Below, piece after piece: positions 26,937 through 35,835 of a stretch of DNA of 49,911 nucleotides. The DNA lies in contig JAGHAC010000046.1 in the NCBI GenBank assembly GCA_021161645.1, positions 1 through 49,911 of the forward strand. Direction: 5' to 3'. The translations under genes and the position numbers were made by a program. Within the stretch, counting starts at the first letter, position 1; every line of letters starts with the position of its first letter. This DNA comes from a bacterium. GTDB taxonomy: Bacteria > Patescibacteriota > Minisyncoccia > Minisyncoccales > PEYH01. The notes under the pieces are model-generated. The model did not search any database and was not told the DNA's origin. It saw nothing but the letters and a program-made list of their open reading frames with translations.

Positions 26937-28520
26937 ATGTTTTCTTTTTTATTTCATAAAAAGGTTGCAGAGCTTAAAAAAGAGATGAGGGAAACAAAAG
27001 AAGATTTGTTAAATGTCTCATCATATTTAGATGACCTTTTTTCTTTTTTACCTATAGCGGTTTGCGATCTAAATCCTTCGTGGGTTATAAGCAACACCAA
27101 TAAATCATTTGAAAAGCTTACCGGATACACCCAGGTAGAAATTGTTGGAGAAAGACTGGAGAAGATTTTTTTAGAGAAGGAGAAAATAAAGGGAATTCAG
27201 ACAGAGTTGTTAAATCTAAAAGAGATAGAAATAAAGAATGTAGAATTGACCTTAATTACAAGAGAAGAGAAAGAAGTTGCTGTAAATGTCTCTTTTGCAG
27301 TAAGGAGAGATGCTCGAGGAAACATTGTAGGTTTTTTTGTTGGAATAACTGATATTAGTAAGCTGAAGAAAATTCAAGATGAAACAGAACAAAAGATTGT
27401 CCAGAGAACGAAAGAGCTGGAGAAGTCTCGAAAAGCTCTTTTAAATATATTAGAAGATACAGAGGAGGCTCGTCGACGAGCCGAAGAAGAAAGAAAAAAA
27501 ACAGAAGTGATTATTAAGAATTTTGTAGATGGGATGTTGGCTTTTAATAAAACGAAAAAATTGATTTTAATTAATCCTAAGGCAGAGGAATTTTTAAAGA
27601 CAAAAGCCGCAGAGGTCTTGGGGAAAGATATCCGAGTACTGAAGAAAAAAAACCGAAGGTGGGCCCAACTCTTTAAGACAGCGGGAGAGGGGATGAAGGA
27701 GGTTTTTAGAAAGGAGATGGCAATAAGCAAATCGTTTTTCTTAGAGATCACCACCACCATAGTTGAGTCGCAGGGGAAAGAAAATCTTATTTTGGTTATT
27801 TTGCACGATATTTCAAGAGAAAAATTAATAGAGCAGATGAAGAGTCAATTTGTATCTGTTGCCGCCCATCAACTAAGAACGCCGCTTTCGATTATTAAAT
27901 GGAGTTTAAGCCTTTTAAAAGAAGAAAAAGAATTCAACAGAGAAGAAAAAGATCTTGTTTTAAAAGCATATCAGACAAACGAAAGGATGATTAATTTGGT
28001 GAACGATCTTCTAAATGTTGCCAGAATAGAAGAAGGAAGGTTTGTTTATGAGCCCAAAATTGTGGAATTCTCAGAAATTGTGGAATCTGTATATAATTCG
28101 TTAAAAGAGTATGCTCGCCAAAAGAAAATTGAATTTAAGCTAGAAATTTCTGAGGGTAAAAAAATAGTAAAAGTGGATGTAGAAAAGATAAGTTTGGCGG
28201 TAAAAAACCTAATAGAAAACGCTCTTAAATATACACCAGAAAAAGGAAAGGTAGAAGTTTCTGTTAAGGAGAGAAAAAGGAGACACGAGCTTGTTTTTTC
28301 TGTTAGAGATACAGGAGTGGGGATTCCTAAAGATCAGCAAGAGAGAATCTTTACAAAATTTTTTAGAGGGGCAAATGTTGTCAGGATGCAGACAGAAGGA
28401 ACGGGGTTGGGTCTTTTTATTACAAAAAATATTATAGAAGCGCATGGCGGCAAAATTTGGTTTAAGTCTCAGGAAAATAAAGGAACAATTTTTTATTTTA
28501 CTTTACCACTTTCTTTTTGA
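26937..28520 (+). CDS. Cytoplasmic PAS-PAS histidine kinase
   Basis: Two PAS-like domains, H-box 'AHQLRTPL', N-box 'NLIENALKY', and G-boxes 'DTGVGI' and 'GTGLGL'. Confidence 0.93.
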   Translation: MFSFLFHKKVAELKKEMRETKEDLLNVSSYLDDLFSFLPIAVCDLNPSWVISNTNKSFEKLTGYTQVEIVGERLEKIFLEKEKIKGIQTELLNLKEIEIKNVELTLITREEKEVAVNVSFAVRRDARGNIVGFFVGITDISKLKKIQDETEQKIVQRTKELEKSRKALLNILEDTEEARRRAEEERKKTEVIIKNFVDGMLAFNKTKKLILINPKAEEFLKTKAAEVLGKDIRVLKKKNRRWAQLFKTAGEGMKEVFRKEMAISKSFFLEITTTIVESQGKENLILVILHDISREKLIEQMKSQFVSVAAHQLRTPLSIIKWSLSLLKEEKEFNREEKDLVLKAYQTNERMINLVNDLLNVARIEEGRFVYEPKIVEFSEIVESVYNSLKEYARQKKIEFKLEISEGKKIVKVDVEKISLAVKNLIENALKYTPEKGKVEVSVKERKRRHELVFSVRDTGVGIPKDQQERIFTKFFRGANVVRMQTEGTGLGLFITKNIIEAHGGKIWFKSQENKGTIFYFTLPLSF

Positions 28521-28572
28521 GTGATATAATATCAAAAGATGCGTTAATTTTTAAAATTAAGAATTAACAACT

Positions 28573-28962
28573 ATGGACAAAAAAATATTAATCATAGAAG
28601 ACGAAGAAATTCTACTAGATCTTTTAAGAGAAAAATTACGAGCCTTGGGATTTAAGGTATTTACTGCATCCGATGGGGAAGCAGGGCTTGCGGCGATTAG
28701 GGAAATAAACCCCGATCTCATCTTGCTGGACATTGTGATGCCAAAAATGGGCGGTTTTGAAGTGATGGAAGAAATGCAGAAGGATCCTTCGATAAAAGAT
28801 ATACCCGTGATTATAATTTCCAACTCCGGTCAGCCTGTTGAATTGGACAAAGCAAAGCAGTTAGGAGCAAAAGATTGGTTAATTAAGACGGAATTCGACC
28901 CCAAAGAAGTTATTAGCAAAGTTTTTAATGTGCTCGAAAGAACAGATAGCGATTATAATTAA
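28573..28962 (+). CDS. Single-domain response regulator (receiver only)
   Basis: 'ILIIEDE', 'PDLILLDIVMP', 'SN', 'GAKDWLIK'. Confidence 0.92.
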   Translation: MDKKILIIEDEEILLDLLREKLRALGFKVFTASDGEAGLAAIREINPDLILLDIVMPKMGGFEVMEEMQKDPSIKDIPVIIISNSGQPVELDKAKQLGAKDWLIKTEFDPKEVISKVFNVLERTDSDYN

Positions 28963-28980
28963 ATTAAAATTTAATTTCAT

Positions 28981-29358
28981 ATGAGCCAAAAAATACTTAT
29001 TATTGAGGACGACAAATTTCTAAGAGAGTTAATAGCAAAGAAGTTAATGAAAGAGGGATATGATATTGAAGAAGCGATAGATGGAGAGGAGGGGTTGAAA
29101 AAGATTGGGGAAGTAAATCCAGACCTTGTTTTGTTAGATCTTATTCTCCCAGGCATAGATGGTTTCCAGGTATTAAAAGAGGCCAAGGAAAACCACAAAA
29201 CAGAGAACATACCCGTAGTTATTCTTTCAAATTTAGGGCAGAAGGATGAGATAGAAAAAGGGCTTAATCTGGGAGCGGTAGATTTTCTTATTAAAGCCCA
29301 CTTTACTCCAGAAGAGATCGTAGAAAAGATTAAGCTGGTTTTAGCAAAGAATAAATAG
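28981..29358 (+). CDS. Single-domain response regulator (receiver only)
   Basis: 'ILIIEDD', 'PDLVLLDLILP', 'SN', 'GAVDFLIK'. Confidence 0.92.
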   Translation: MSQKILIIEDDKFLRELIAKKLMKEGYDIEEAIDGEEGLKKIGEVNPDLVLLDLILPGIDGFQVLKEAKENHKTENIPVVILSNLGQKDEIEKGLNLGAVDFLIKAHFTPEEIVEKIKLVLAKNK

Positions 29359-29362
29359 CTTC

Positions 29363-30235
29363 ATGCCAGAACTTCCCGAAGTAGAAACAACGGTTTTAGA
29401 TTTAAAAAGAAAAGTCCTTCAAAGGACTTTTCTTGATATATGGACAGATGCCCCCAAGCTTATAAAGAAGCCAAGCCTTGCAGAATTTAGAAAGGAGATT
29501 AAAGGGAAAAAAATTATAGATATTAAAAGAAAGGGCAAGTTTATTATTTTCTATTTAACAGGGAAAAAGAGACTTTTAATTCATCAAAAGCTTACAGGAC
29601 ATTTACTTGTGGGCCGATGGAAAAGAGAGAAAGGAGAATGGGCTTCTTTACAAAAGGGACCTTTAGAAGATCCAATGAACAGATTTATACATATTATCTT
29701 TTTTCTGGATAATGGGTTAATGATTGCTTTTTCTGACTTGAGGAAATTTGGCAGAATAGAACTTTTAACAGAAAGAGAATTAGAGAACCTTAAAGATTTA
29801 AAACAGCTGGGCCCAGATCCTTTAGATAAAAACTTCACTTTTGATAAATTTAGACAGATAATTCAAAAACAAAAAAGAAAAATCAAGCAGGTTCTTATGG
29901 ATCAAAAGACAATTTCAGGAATAGGCAATATTTATTCTGATGAGATTCTTTTTCGGGCAGGGGTTCATCCTTTCAAATCAGCCAACACTCTTCAGGAAAA
30001 GGAGCTCAAAAAAATTTATCGTAACATAAAAAGCGTGTTAAAAAAAGCAATTAGATTGGGTGGAGAAAGTATTTCTGATTATCGAAGGCCTGATGGCAGA
30101 AAAGGAGGGTTTGATAAAGAAAGAAAGGTGTATAGACGAGAAGGAATGCCTTGTTATGTTTGTGGCACAAAAATAGAGCGAAGAAAAATAGGGTCACGTT
30201 CAACCTACTTTTGTCCCAAATGTCAAAAACTATGA
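29363..30235 (+). CDS. mutM: Formamidopyrimidine-DNA glycosylase
   Basis: N-terminal 'MPELPEVET', 'GIGNIY', and C-terminal zinc finger CYVC...CPKCQ. Confidence 0.97.
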   Translation: MPELPEVETTVLDLKRKVLQRTFLDIWTDAPKLIKKPSLAEFRKEIKGKKIIDIKRKGKFIIFYLTGKKRLLIHQKLTGHLLVGRWKREKGEWASLQKGPLEDPMNRFIHIIFFLDNGLMIAFSDLRKFGRIELLTERELENLKDLKQLGPDPLDKNFTFDKFRQIIQKQKRKIKQVLMDQKTISGIGNIYSDEILFRAGVHPFKSANTLQEKELKKIYRNIKSVLKKAIRLGGESISDYRRPDGRKGGFDKERKVYRREGMPCYVCGTKIERRKIGSRSTYFCPKCQKL

Positions 30236-31143
30236 TTTATTTAATTTGTGGGAAAAACACATATTTGTCTAAGAAAAAAAAGCAGGAGCTAATAGATGTC
30301 TATAAAAAGAAAGGTTTTGTTCCAGAACTTCTCGATAAAGATTATACAGATGTTAAGCAGTTTTTGAAAGAATTCAGAGTGCAATCTCTTTTTGGGGAGA
30401 AAAAGCTTTTTGTAATAAACTCTTTGTGGGGAAGAAAATCCCTGAAGGAGAAATTTCAAAAGGGGATAGAGAAACTTCAGAATCAAGAGATTGTTATTTT
30501 TGAAAACAAGGAGATTTCTTCAAAAGATAAACTCTTTAAGAAAATTCAAAAAATAGGTAAAGTATTTCAATTTTCTTTGTCGGGTGAAAGAGACATAAAA
30601 AAGATCATCAGAAATGATCTAAAAAAAGAAAATTTTTATATAGAAGATATAGCCCTAGACACTCTTATAGAATTTTTAAATTCTCGTCCGGAGCGTTTTG
30701 CAAGCGAGCTGACAAAATTAAAAGCTTATAAGTTTTTTGAGAGAAAGATAGAAACTCAGGATGTGTTAAAACTTGTTAAGCCAGAAAGTGAGGCAGATGT
30801 TTTTAAAATGATAGAGGCAATCGCTAAAAGACATAAAAAAACAGCGCTTAACCTTATTAACAAACATCTTCAAAAAGGAGACTCGCCTTTTTATCTTTTA
30901 GCAATGATTAATTTTCAGTTTAGAAACTTGATTATGTATCAAGAAGGGAAAACCCTCTCCCGTTTTGTTCAGGAATCCGGAATGTCTTTTTTTCAAATAA
31001 AAAAAACACAAGAATTAGCCTACCTTTTTGATCTTGAAAAACTAAAAAAAATCTATCGAAAGTTATTCAAAATAGATTTAGCCGTGAAAACAGGAAAAAT
31101 GGATTTACTGGAAGCGCTCGAGCTGTTAATTTTGGAAACCTAA
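30232..31143 (+). CDS. holA: DNA polymerase III delta subunit
   Basis: 'MIYLICG', 'SLFGEKKL', 'SELTKL', 'DLAVKTG'. Its ATG overlaps the mutM stop, and it is convergent with rpsT. Confidence 0.85.
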   Translation: MIYLICGKNTYLSKKKKQELIDVYKKKGFVPELLDKDYTDVKQFLKEFRVQSLFGEKKLFVINSLWGRKSLKEKFQKGIEKLQNQEIVIFENKEISSKDKLFKKIQKIGKVFQFSLSGERDIKKIIRNDLKKENFYIEDIALDTLIEFLNSRPERFASELTKLKAYKFFERKIETQDVLKLVKPESEADVFKMIEAIAKRHKKTALNLINKHLQKGDSPFYLLAMINFQFRNLIMYQEGKTLSRFVQESGMSFFQIKKTQELAYLFDLEKLKKIYRKLFKIDLAVKTGKMDLLEALELLILET

Positions 31144-31145
31144 AA

Positions 31146-31400
31146 TTAGATCGTTTTTTTGGTGATTTTTGATTTTTTTCTTGCAGCAGTCCTTTTTTTT
31201 AGAATCCCAACCTTGGCTGATTTGTCGATTATTTTGAAAATATTGGGGAGAAGTTTTTCTGCTTCTTCCTTTTTGTTTGCATGAATTAAAGAATGGAATT
31301 CTTTGATTAAGGATTTCATTCTTTTTTTATACCAGAGATTTCTTTTTCTCCTTTTGGTATTTTGCCGCAAAGATTTTTTAGCAGATTTACTGATAGGCAT
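31146..31400 (-). CDS. rpsT: 30S ribosomal protein S20
   Basis: 'MPISKSAKKSLRQ', 'IDKSAKVGILKKRTAARKKS'. Confidence 0.95.
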   Translation of the reverse strand: MPISKSAKKSLRQNTKRRKRNLWYKKRMKSLIKEFHSLIHANKKEEAEKLLPNIFKIIDKSAKVGILKKRTAARKKSKITKKTI

Positions 31401-31470
31401 ATTAAGTTTTAATAATTTATTATATACACAAGATTATCAGAAAACGATGATAATTTCAAGCAAGGATCAG

Positions 31471-31510
31471 AATATCAAAATATCGAAATGTCGAGAAGTC
31501 GAGAGGTCGA
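31471..31510. repeat. Degenerate 8-bp tandem array
   Basis: AATATCAA-AATATCGA-AATGTCGA-GAAGTCGA-GAGGTCGA. Confidence 0.7.
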
Positions 31511-31542
31511 CACGGATTGAAACAATATGATAAAATAAAACT

Positions 31543-32472
31543 ATGAGAATAAAATTTATCTCAAACTGTAAAGATTTAGGTCTTTCTTTGTGGCAGTGTC
31601 CTCAGTTCTTGTTCTTGGTAATGGGCGTTATTAATATTGCTTCAACTATTTTTTTCTATTTTTTGGGTCAAAAATATATTGATGATCCACGCATTATTGC
31701 CCTAGTAGTTTCTGCCATTTCTGCAATTTTGTTTGTTATTTCCTATGTGATCACCCGAAGTTTGGAAGATCTAGTAGAGGTAAATAGGCTCAAAGAGGAT
31801 TTTTCCAATATCGTTTCCCACCAGCTTCGGGCTCCAATTACTAATCTTAAATGGTTGCTGGAAAGCGCTGAAAAAGAAAAAGAAATTAAGCAGCTTCCTT
31901 CTTCCTGCAAAGAATATTTTGGGCTAATGGAAGAAAATATTCAGCGCATGGAGAACTTAATTAATGATCTGGTAATTGTTGCCAAAATTAAAAACCTTAG
32001 GGCTTTCCCTAAGCGTTCTTTTGAACTCAATAAAACAATAGGAGAAGTAGTGAAAAATTTTGCTCCTTTAATAGATGCTTCTAATCTTGAAGTAGAACTT
32101 GATTTTAATCCTGATAAAATTGAGATAAGGCAATCACAGGATTTGCTAAGAACCGTCATCGAAAATCTTTTAGATAATGCGATTAGATACAATAAGCCTA
32201 AAGGAAAGATAAGGATAACAACGAGAAATAAAGGAAGAAACAAGGCCATGATCGAAATTAAGGATACAGGCATAGGGATTCCTGATAAATCGAAGCAGTT
32301 TCTTTTTCAGAGGTTTTTCAGAGCAAGCAATGCTATAGAAAAAGATCCGCGCGGGTCAGGACTGGGCCTCTTTATCGTAAAAACTATTGTTAACCAGCTG
32401 GGCGGCAAAATATATTTTTCCTCAAAACTTGGCGAAGGAACCACTTTTAAAATAATCTTACCCAAGAATTAA
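31543..32472 (+). CDS. Membrane-bound histidine kinase (two TM helices, minimal sensor loop)
   Basis: Two TM helices, 'SHQLRAPI', 'NLLDNAIRY', 'DTGIGI', 'GSGLGL'. Confidence 0.92.
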   Translation: MRIKFISNCKDLGLSLWQCPQFLFLVMGVINIASTIFFYFLGQKYIDDPRIIALVVSAISAILFVISYVITRSLEDLVEVNRLKEDFSNIVSHQLRAPITNLKWLLESAEKEKEIKQLPSSCKEYFGLMEENIQRMENLINDLVIVAKIKNLRAFPKRSFELNKTIGEVVKNFAPLIDASNLEVELDFNPDKIEIRQSQDLLRTVIENLLDNAIRYNKPKGKIRITTRNKGRNKAMIEIKDTGIGIPDKSKQFLFQRFFRASNAIEKDPRGSGLGLFIVKTIVNQLGGKIYFSSKLGEGTTFKIILPKN

Positions 32473-32481
32473 TATGCTGCT

Positions 32482-32847
32482 ATGAAAAAAATATTATTTA
32501 TAGAAGATGAGGCAACATTACAGAAGACTATAGGAGGCGTTTTAAGAAAAGAAGGATACGATGTTATCAGCGCTCTTGATGGAGAAACGGGTTTAAAGTT
32601 AGCGCAGCAAAAGATTCCAGATTTAATCCTCCTCGATCTTGTTTTGCCTAAGATGCATGGGTTGGATCTCTTAGCAAGGCTAAGAGAGGGTGAGAAAACA
32701 AAAGACATTCCGGTAATAGTGCTTACTAATATAGAGGGTGTTCAAGAAATAGAAAGAGCCATCAGTTTGGGGGCACGGGCATATTTAGTGAAGTCGGATT
32801 ATAAGCTCGATGAAGTCATTAGAAAAATCAAAGAAGCCATTCAATAA
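32482..32847 (+). CDS. Single-domain response regulator (receiver only)
   Basis: 'ILFIEDE', 'PDLILLDLVLP', 'TN', 'GARAYLVK'. Confidence 0.92.
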   Translation: MKKILFIEDEATLQKTIGGVLRKEGYDVISALDGETGLKLAQQKIPDLILLDLVLPKMHGLDLLARLREGEKTKDIPVIVLTNIEGVQEIERAISLGARAYLVKSDYKLDEVIRKIKEAIQ

Positions 32848-32873
32848 AATTTAAGCAAATCAATTTATTAGAT

Positions 32874-34619
32874 ATGAAGGTTGAAGATCAACAACTTAAG
32901 CTTTTTCTTCTAGACACAAAGCTTGTCAAAGAAGAGGATTTAAAAAAGGCAGAAGAGAAAGCAAAGAAAACAGGTAAAAAACTTGAAGATGTTTTAATTT
33001 TGGAAAAATTAATTTCTCCCGAAGACCTAATTCGTCTAAAAGCATATATTCTAGGAATTCCTTTTATCAGCTTAAAAGATGAGATTATTCCCAAAGAAAT
33101 TTTAGAAATCATTCCGGAGCCTATCGCCAGAGCTCACAATATTATTGCTTTTCGGAAAAAGGGCAGAAATCTGGAAGTGGCCATGCTTGATCCAGAGGAT
33201 CTTCAGACAATTGACTTTATAAAAAAGAAAACAAATCTGAAAATTTTACCCCGGCTTACTGACCCAGGAAGTGTCAAAAATGCTCTTGCTCAGTATAAAA
33301 AAACTCTTAGCGCAGAATTCGGCAGGATTATTCAGAAAGAGGCACAAGGTATTAAAACAATCGGAACAAAAACAGAAGAACAGGACAATTTAGAAAAAAT
33401 TGCCCAGGAGGTTCCTATAATGAAGATAGTTGACACTTTGCTTCAGCATGCAGTTTTAGATCGTGCCTCTGATATTCATATAGAGCCGACAGAGAAAGAG
33501 CTTTTAATAAGATATAGAATAGACGGAATTTTAAGAGAAGTGATGACTCTTCCTAAAAACATTGCTCCGGGTATTGTAGCAAGGATTAAGGTGCTGTCAG
33601 ATCTAAAACTGGACGAACACAGGTTGCCTCAAGACGGAAGATTTAGATTTGAAAGCGGGGGAAATAAATTTTCTGTGAGGGTATCAGTTCTCCCTGTAAT
33701 CAACGGCGAAAAAGTAGTAATGAGAATTCTTCCAGAGGAAGCAAAGGGTTATAACTTGGAAACACTGGGATTAAGAGGTAGAGACCTAGAGGAGGTTCAA
33801 ATGGCTTTGCGAAAACCTACGGGAATGATTTTGGTCACTGGTCCTACCGGCTCAGGGAAAACTACTACTTTGTATTCGATGATAGAAATTCTTAATACAC
33901 CCGAGGTGAATATTTCTACTATTGAAGACCCGGTAGAATATAGAATGCCCCGCGTTAATCAGACCCAAGTTAAACCCGAAATCGGATTGACTTTTGCAAA
34001 CGGTTTAAGATCTCTTTTAAGGCAGGACCCTGATATTATCATGGTCGGAGAGATAAGAGATAACGAGACAGCTTCTTTAGCAGTAAATGCTGCCCTTACC
34101 GGACATCTTGTTCTTTCCACTCTTCATACCAATAGCGCTGCCGGAGCAATCCCAAGATTGATAGACATGAAAGTAGAACCCTTCTTAATTGCCTCAACTC
34201 TTAATATAGTTATTGCTCAAAGGCTGGTAAGAAGGCTTTGCGAAGAAAAAGAAGAGTATTGCCTGGATAGCGCAGCTGTAAAAAGAATTGCAAAGTATTG
34301 TGATTTAGAAAGAATTAAAAAGATCTTAAAAGAAGAAGGATTGATAAAGGGGCACAATAAAACAATCCGCGATATTAAATTTTACAAACCAAAACCAACA
34401 AAAAGTTGTGAGGAGGGATACAAAGGCAGAATAGGCATCTTTGAAGTTTTGTCGGTTACGGAGACAATAAAGAAATTAATTACCCAGGAAGTGAGCGATG
34501 AAGAAATTCAAAAACAAGCATTAAAGGAGGGAATGAGAACAATGGTAGAAGATGGATTTGTAAAGGCGGCTCAGGGAATTACTTCTATAGAAGAGGTCTT
34601 AAGAGTAATAATTGAGTAA
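32874..34619 (+). CDS. pilB: Type IV pilus assembly ATPase PilB
   Basis: N-terminal GSPII-E-like domain, 'ASDIHIEP', 'GPTGSGKTTT', 'RQDPDIIMVGEIRD'. Followed by pilC. Confidence 0.93.
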   Translation: MKVEDQQLKLFLLDTKLVKEEDLKKAEEKAKKTGKKLEDVLILEKLISPEDLIRLKAYILGIPFISLKDEIIPKEILEIIPEPIARAHNIIAFRKKGRNLEVAMLDPEDLQTIDFIKKKTNLKILPRLTDPGSVKNALAQYKKTLSAEFGRIIQKEAQGIKTIGTKTEEQDNLEKIAQEVPIMKIVDTLLQHAVLDRASDIHIEPTEKELLIRYRIDGILREVMTLPKNIAPGIVARIKVLSDLKLDEHRLPQDGRFRFESGGNKFSVRVSVLPVINGEKVVMRILPEEAKGYNLETLGLRGRDLEEVQMALRKPTGMILVTGPTGSGKTTTLYSMIEILNTPEVNISTIEDPVEYRMPRVNQTQVKPEIGLTFANGLRSLLRQDPDIIMVGEIRDNETASLAVNAALTGHLVLSTLHTNSAAGAIPRLIDMKVEPFLIASTLNIVIAQRLVRRLCEEKEEYCLDSAAVKRIAKYCDLERIKKILKEEGLIKGHNKTIRDIKFYKPKPTKSCEEGYKGRIGIFEVLSVTETIKKLITQEVSDEEIQKQALKEGMRTMVEDGFVKAAQGITSIEEVLRVIIE

Positions 34620-34621
34620 TT

Positions 34622-35824
34622 ATGGCTATTTATCGTTATTTGGCAAAAAACAAAGAAGGAGAAACGATTTCTGGAAGAAAAGAGGCGGTTAGTATAAGAG
34701 ATTTGGCTCAGAAACTTTCGAATCAAGGTTTTTTATTAATTTCAGCTTCTTTAGATAGAAAAAAGCAAGGTTTTTTAAATTTAAAGAGGGTTTCTTTAAA
34801 AGAAAAAATGATGGCTATCAGGAATTTACAAGTGATGCTTGCGGCTGGTGTTTCACTTCCAAAATCTTTAGATGTGTTAACCTCCCAGAGCAGAAACAAA
34901 TATTTTCAAAAAATCCTTCAGGAAATTAAAGAAAAAATTATTCAAGGCAACTCTTTTTCAGAAGCTCTTGCCGAATATCCAAGAGTCTTCCCCAAAATTT
35001 TCTCAAGTATGATAAAAGTAGGAGAAAAAACCGGAAGCATGCCAGATGTTTTAAATACGCTTGCCTCTCACTTGGAAAAAGATTTCAGATTGAGGTCAAA
35101 AGTGAAGGGAGCTCTAATGTATCCTATGATAGTAGTAATTGCTATGATTTTGATCGGAGTTGTGATGTTGGTTTTAGTTGTTCCAAAACTAAGTGAAGCG
35201 TTTAAGTCTTTAAACATAGAACTCCCTAAAACTACAAGATTAATAATGAATTTAGGGAATTATTTCAAGGATTATTGGTACCTGTTGTTGGCTGTTCCGC
35301 TTTTGATCGCTGGCTTTATTATTCTTCTAAAAAGAAGCCCCAAATTTAAAAATAGTTGGGATAGATTTGTTTTTAAAATACCATTTGTTTCGAGTTTAAT
35401 TAAAAAGATTAATACTGCATATAGTGCTAGGACTTTGAGCTCCCTGATTTCTGGGGGCGTATCTATCGTAGAGGCTTTACAAATTACTTCGGAGACAGTC
35501 TCCAATGAAAAATTTAGGGAGGTTTTAATAAGAGCCTCGAAAGAAGTAAAGAAAGGGGAAAAACTTTCCTCGATAATTGCTCAATTCCCAGAGGTTTATC
35601 CTCCGGTATTTGTTCAAATGCTAGAGGTGGGAGAAGAGACAGGGCAAACCTCCAAAGTTTTACTAAGATTGGCGGAATTTTTTGATGAAGAAGTAACGAG
35701 TGTAACGCAGAATTTAGCTTCTATTATTGAACCAATTCTTCTACTTGTTATTGGAGGAATTATTGCTCTGTTTGCGGTTTCAATGATAAAACCAATCTAT
35801 TCAATGATTGGCACAATGCACTAA
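34622..35824 (+). CDS. pilC: Type IV pilus platform protein PilC (GspF family)
   Basis: Two GspF repeats ('GEKTG', 'GEETG'), 'ALMYP', 'IIEPIL'. Confidence 0.93.
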   Translation: MAIYRYLAKNKEGETISGRKEAVSIRDLAQKLSNQGFLLISASLDRKKQGFLNLKRVSLKEKMMAIRNLQVMLAAGVSLPKSLDVLTSQSRNKYFQKILQEIKEKIIQGNSFSEALAEYPRVFPKIFSSMIKVGEKTGSMPDVLNTLASHLEKDFRLRSKVKGALMYPMIVVIAMILIGVVMLVLVVPKLSEAFKSLNIELPKTTRLIMNLGNYFKDYWYLLLAVPLLIAGFIILLKRSPKFKNSWDRFVFKIPFVSSLIKKINTAYSARTLSSLISGGVSIVEALQITSETVSNEKFREVLIRASKEVKKGEKLSSIIAQFPEVYPPVFVQMLEVGEETGQTSKVLLRLAEFFDEEVTSVTQNLASIIEPILLLVIGGIIALFAVSMIKPIYSMIGTMH

Positions 35825-35835
35825 AATCTTTAAAA

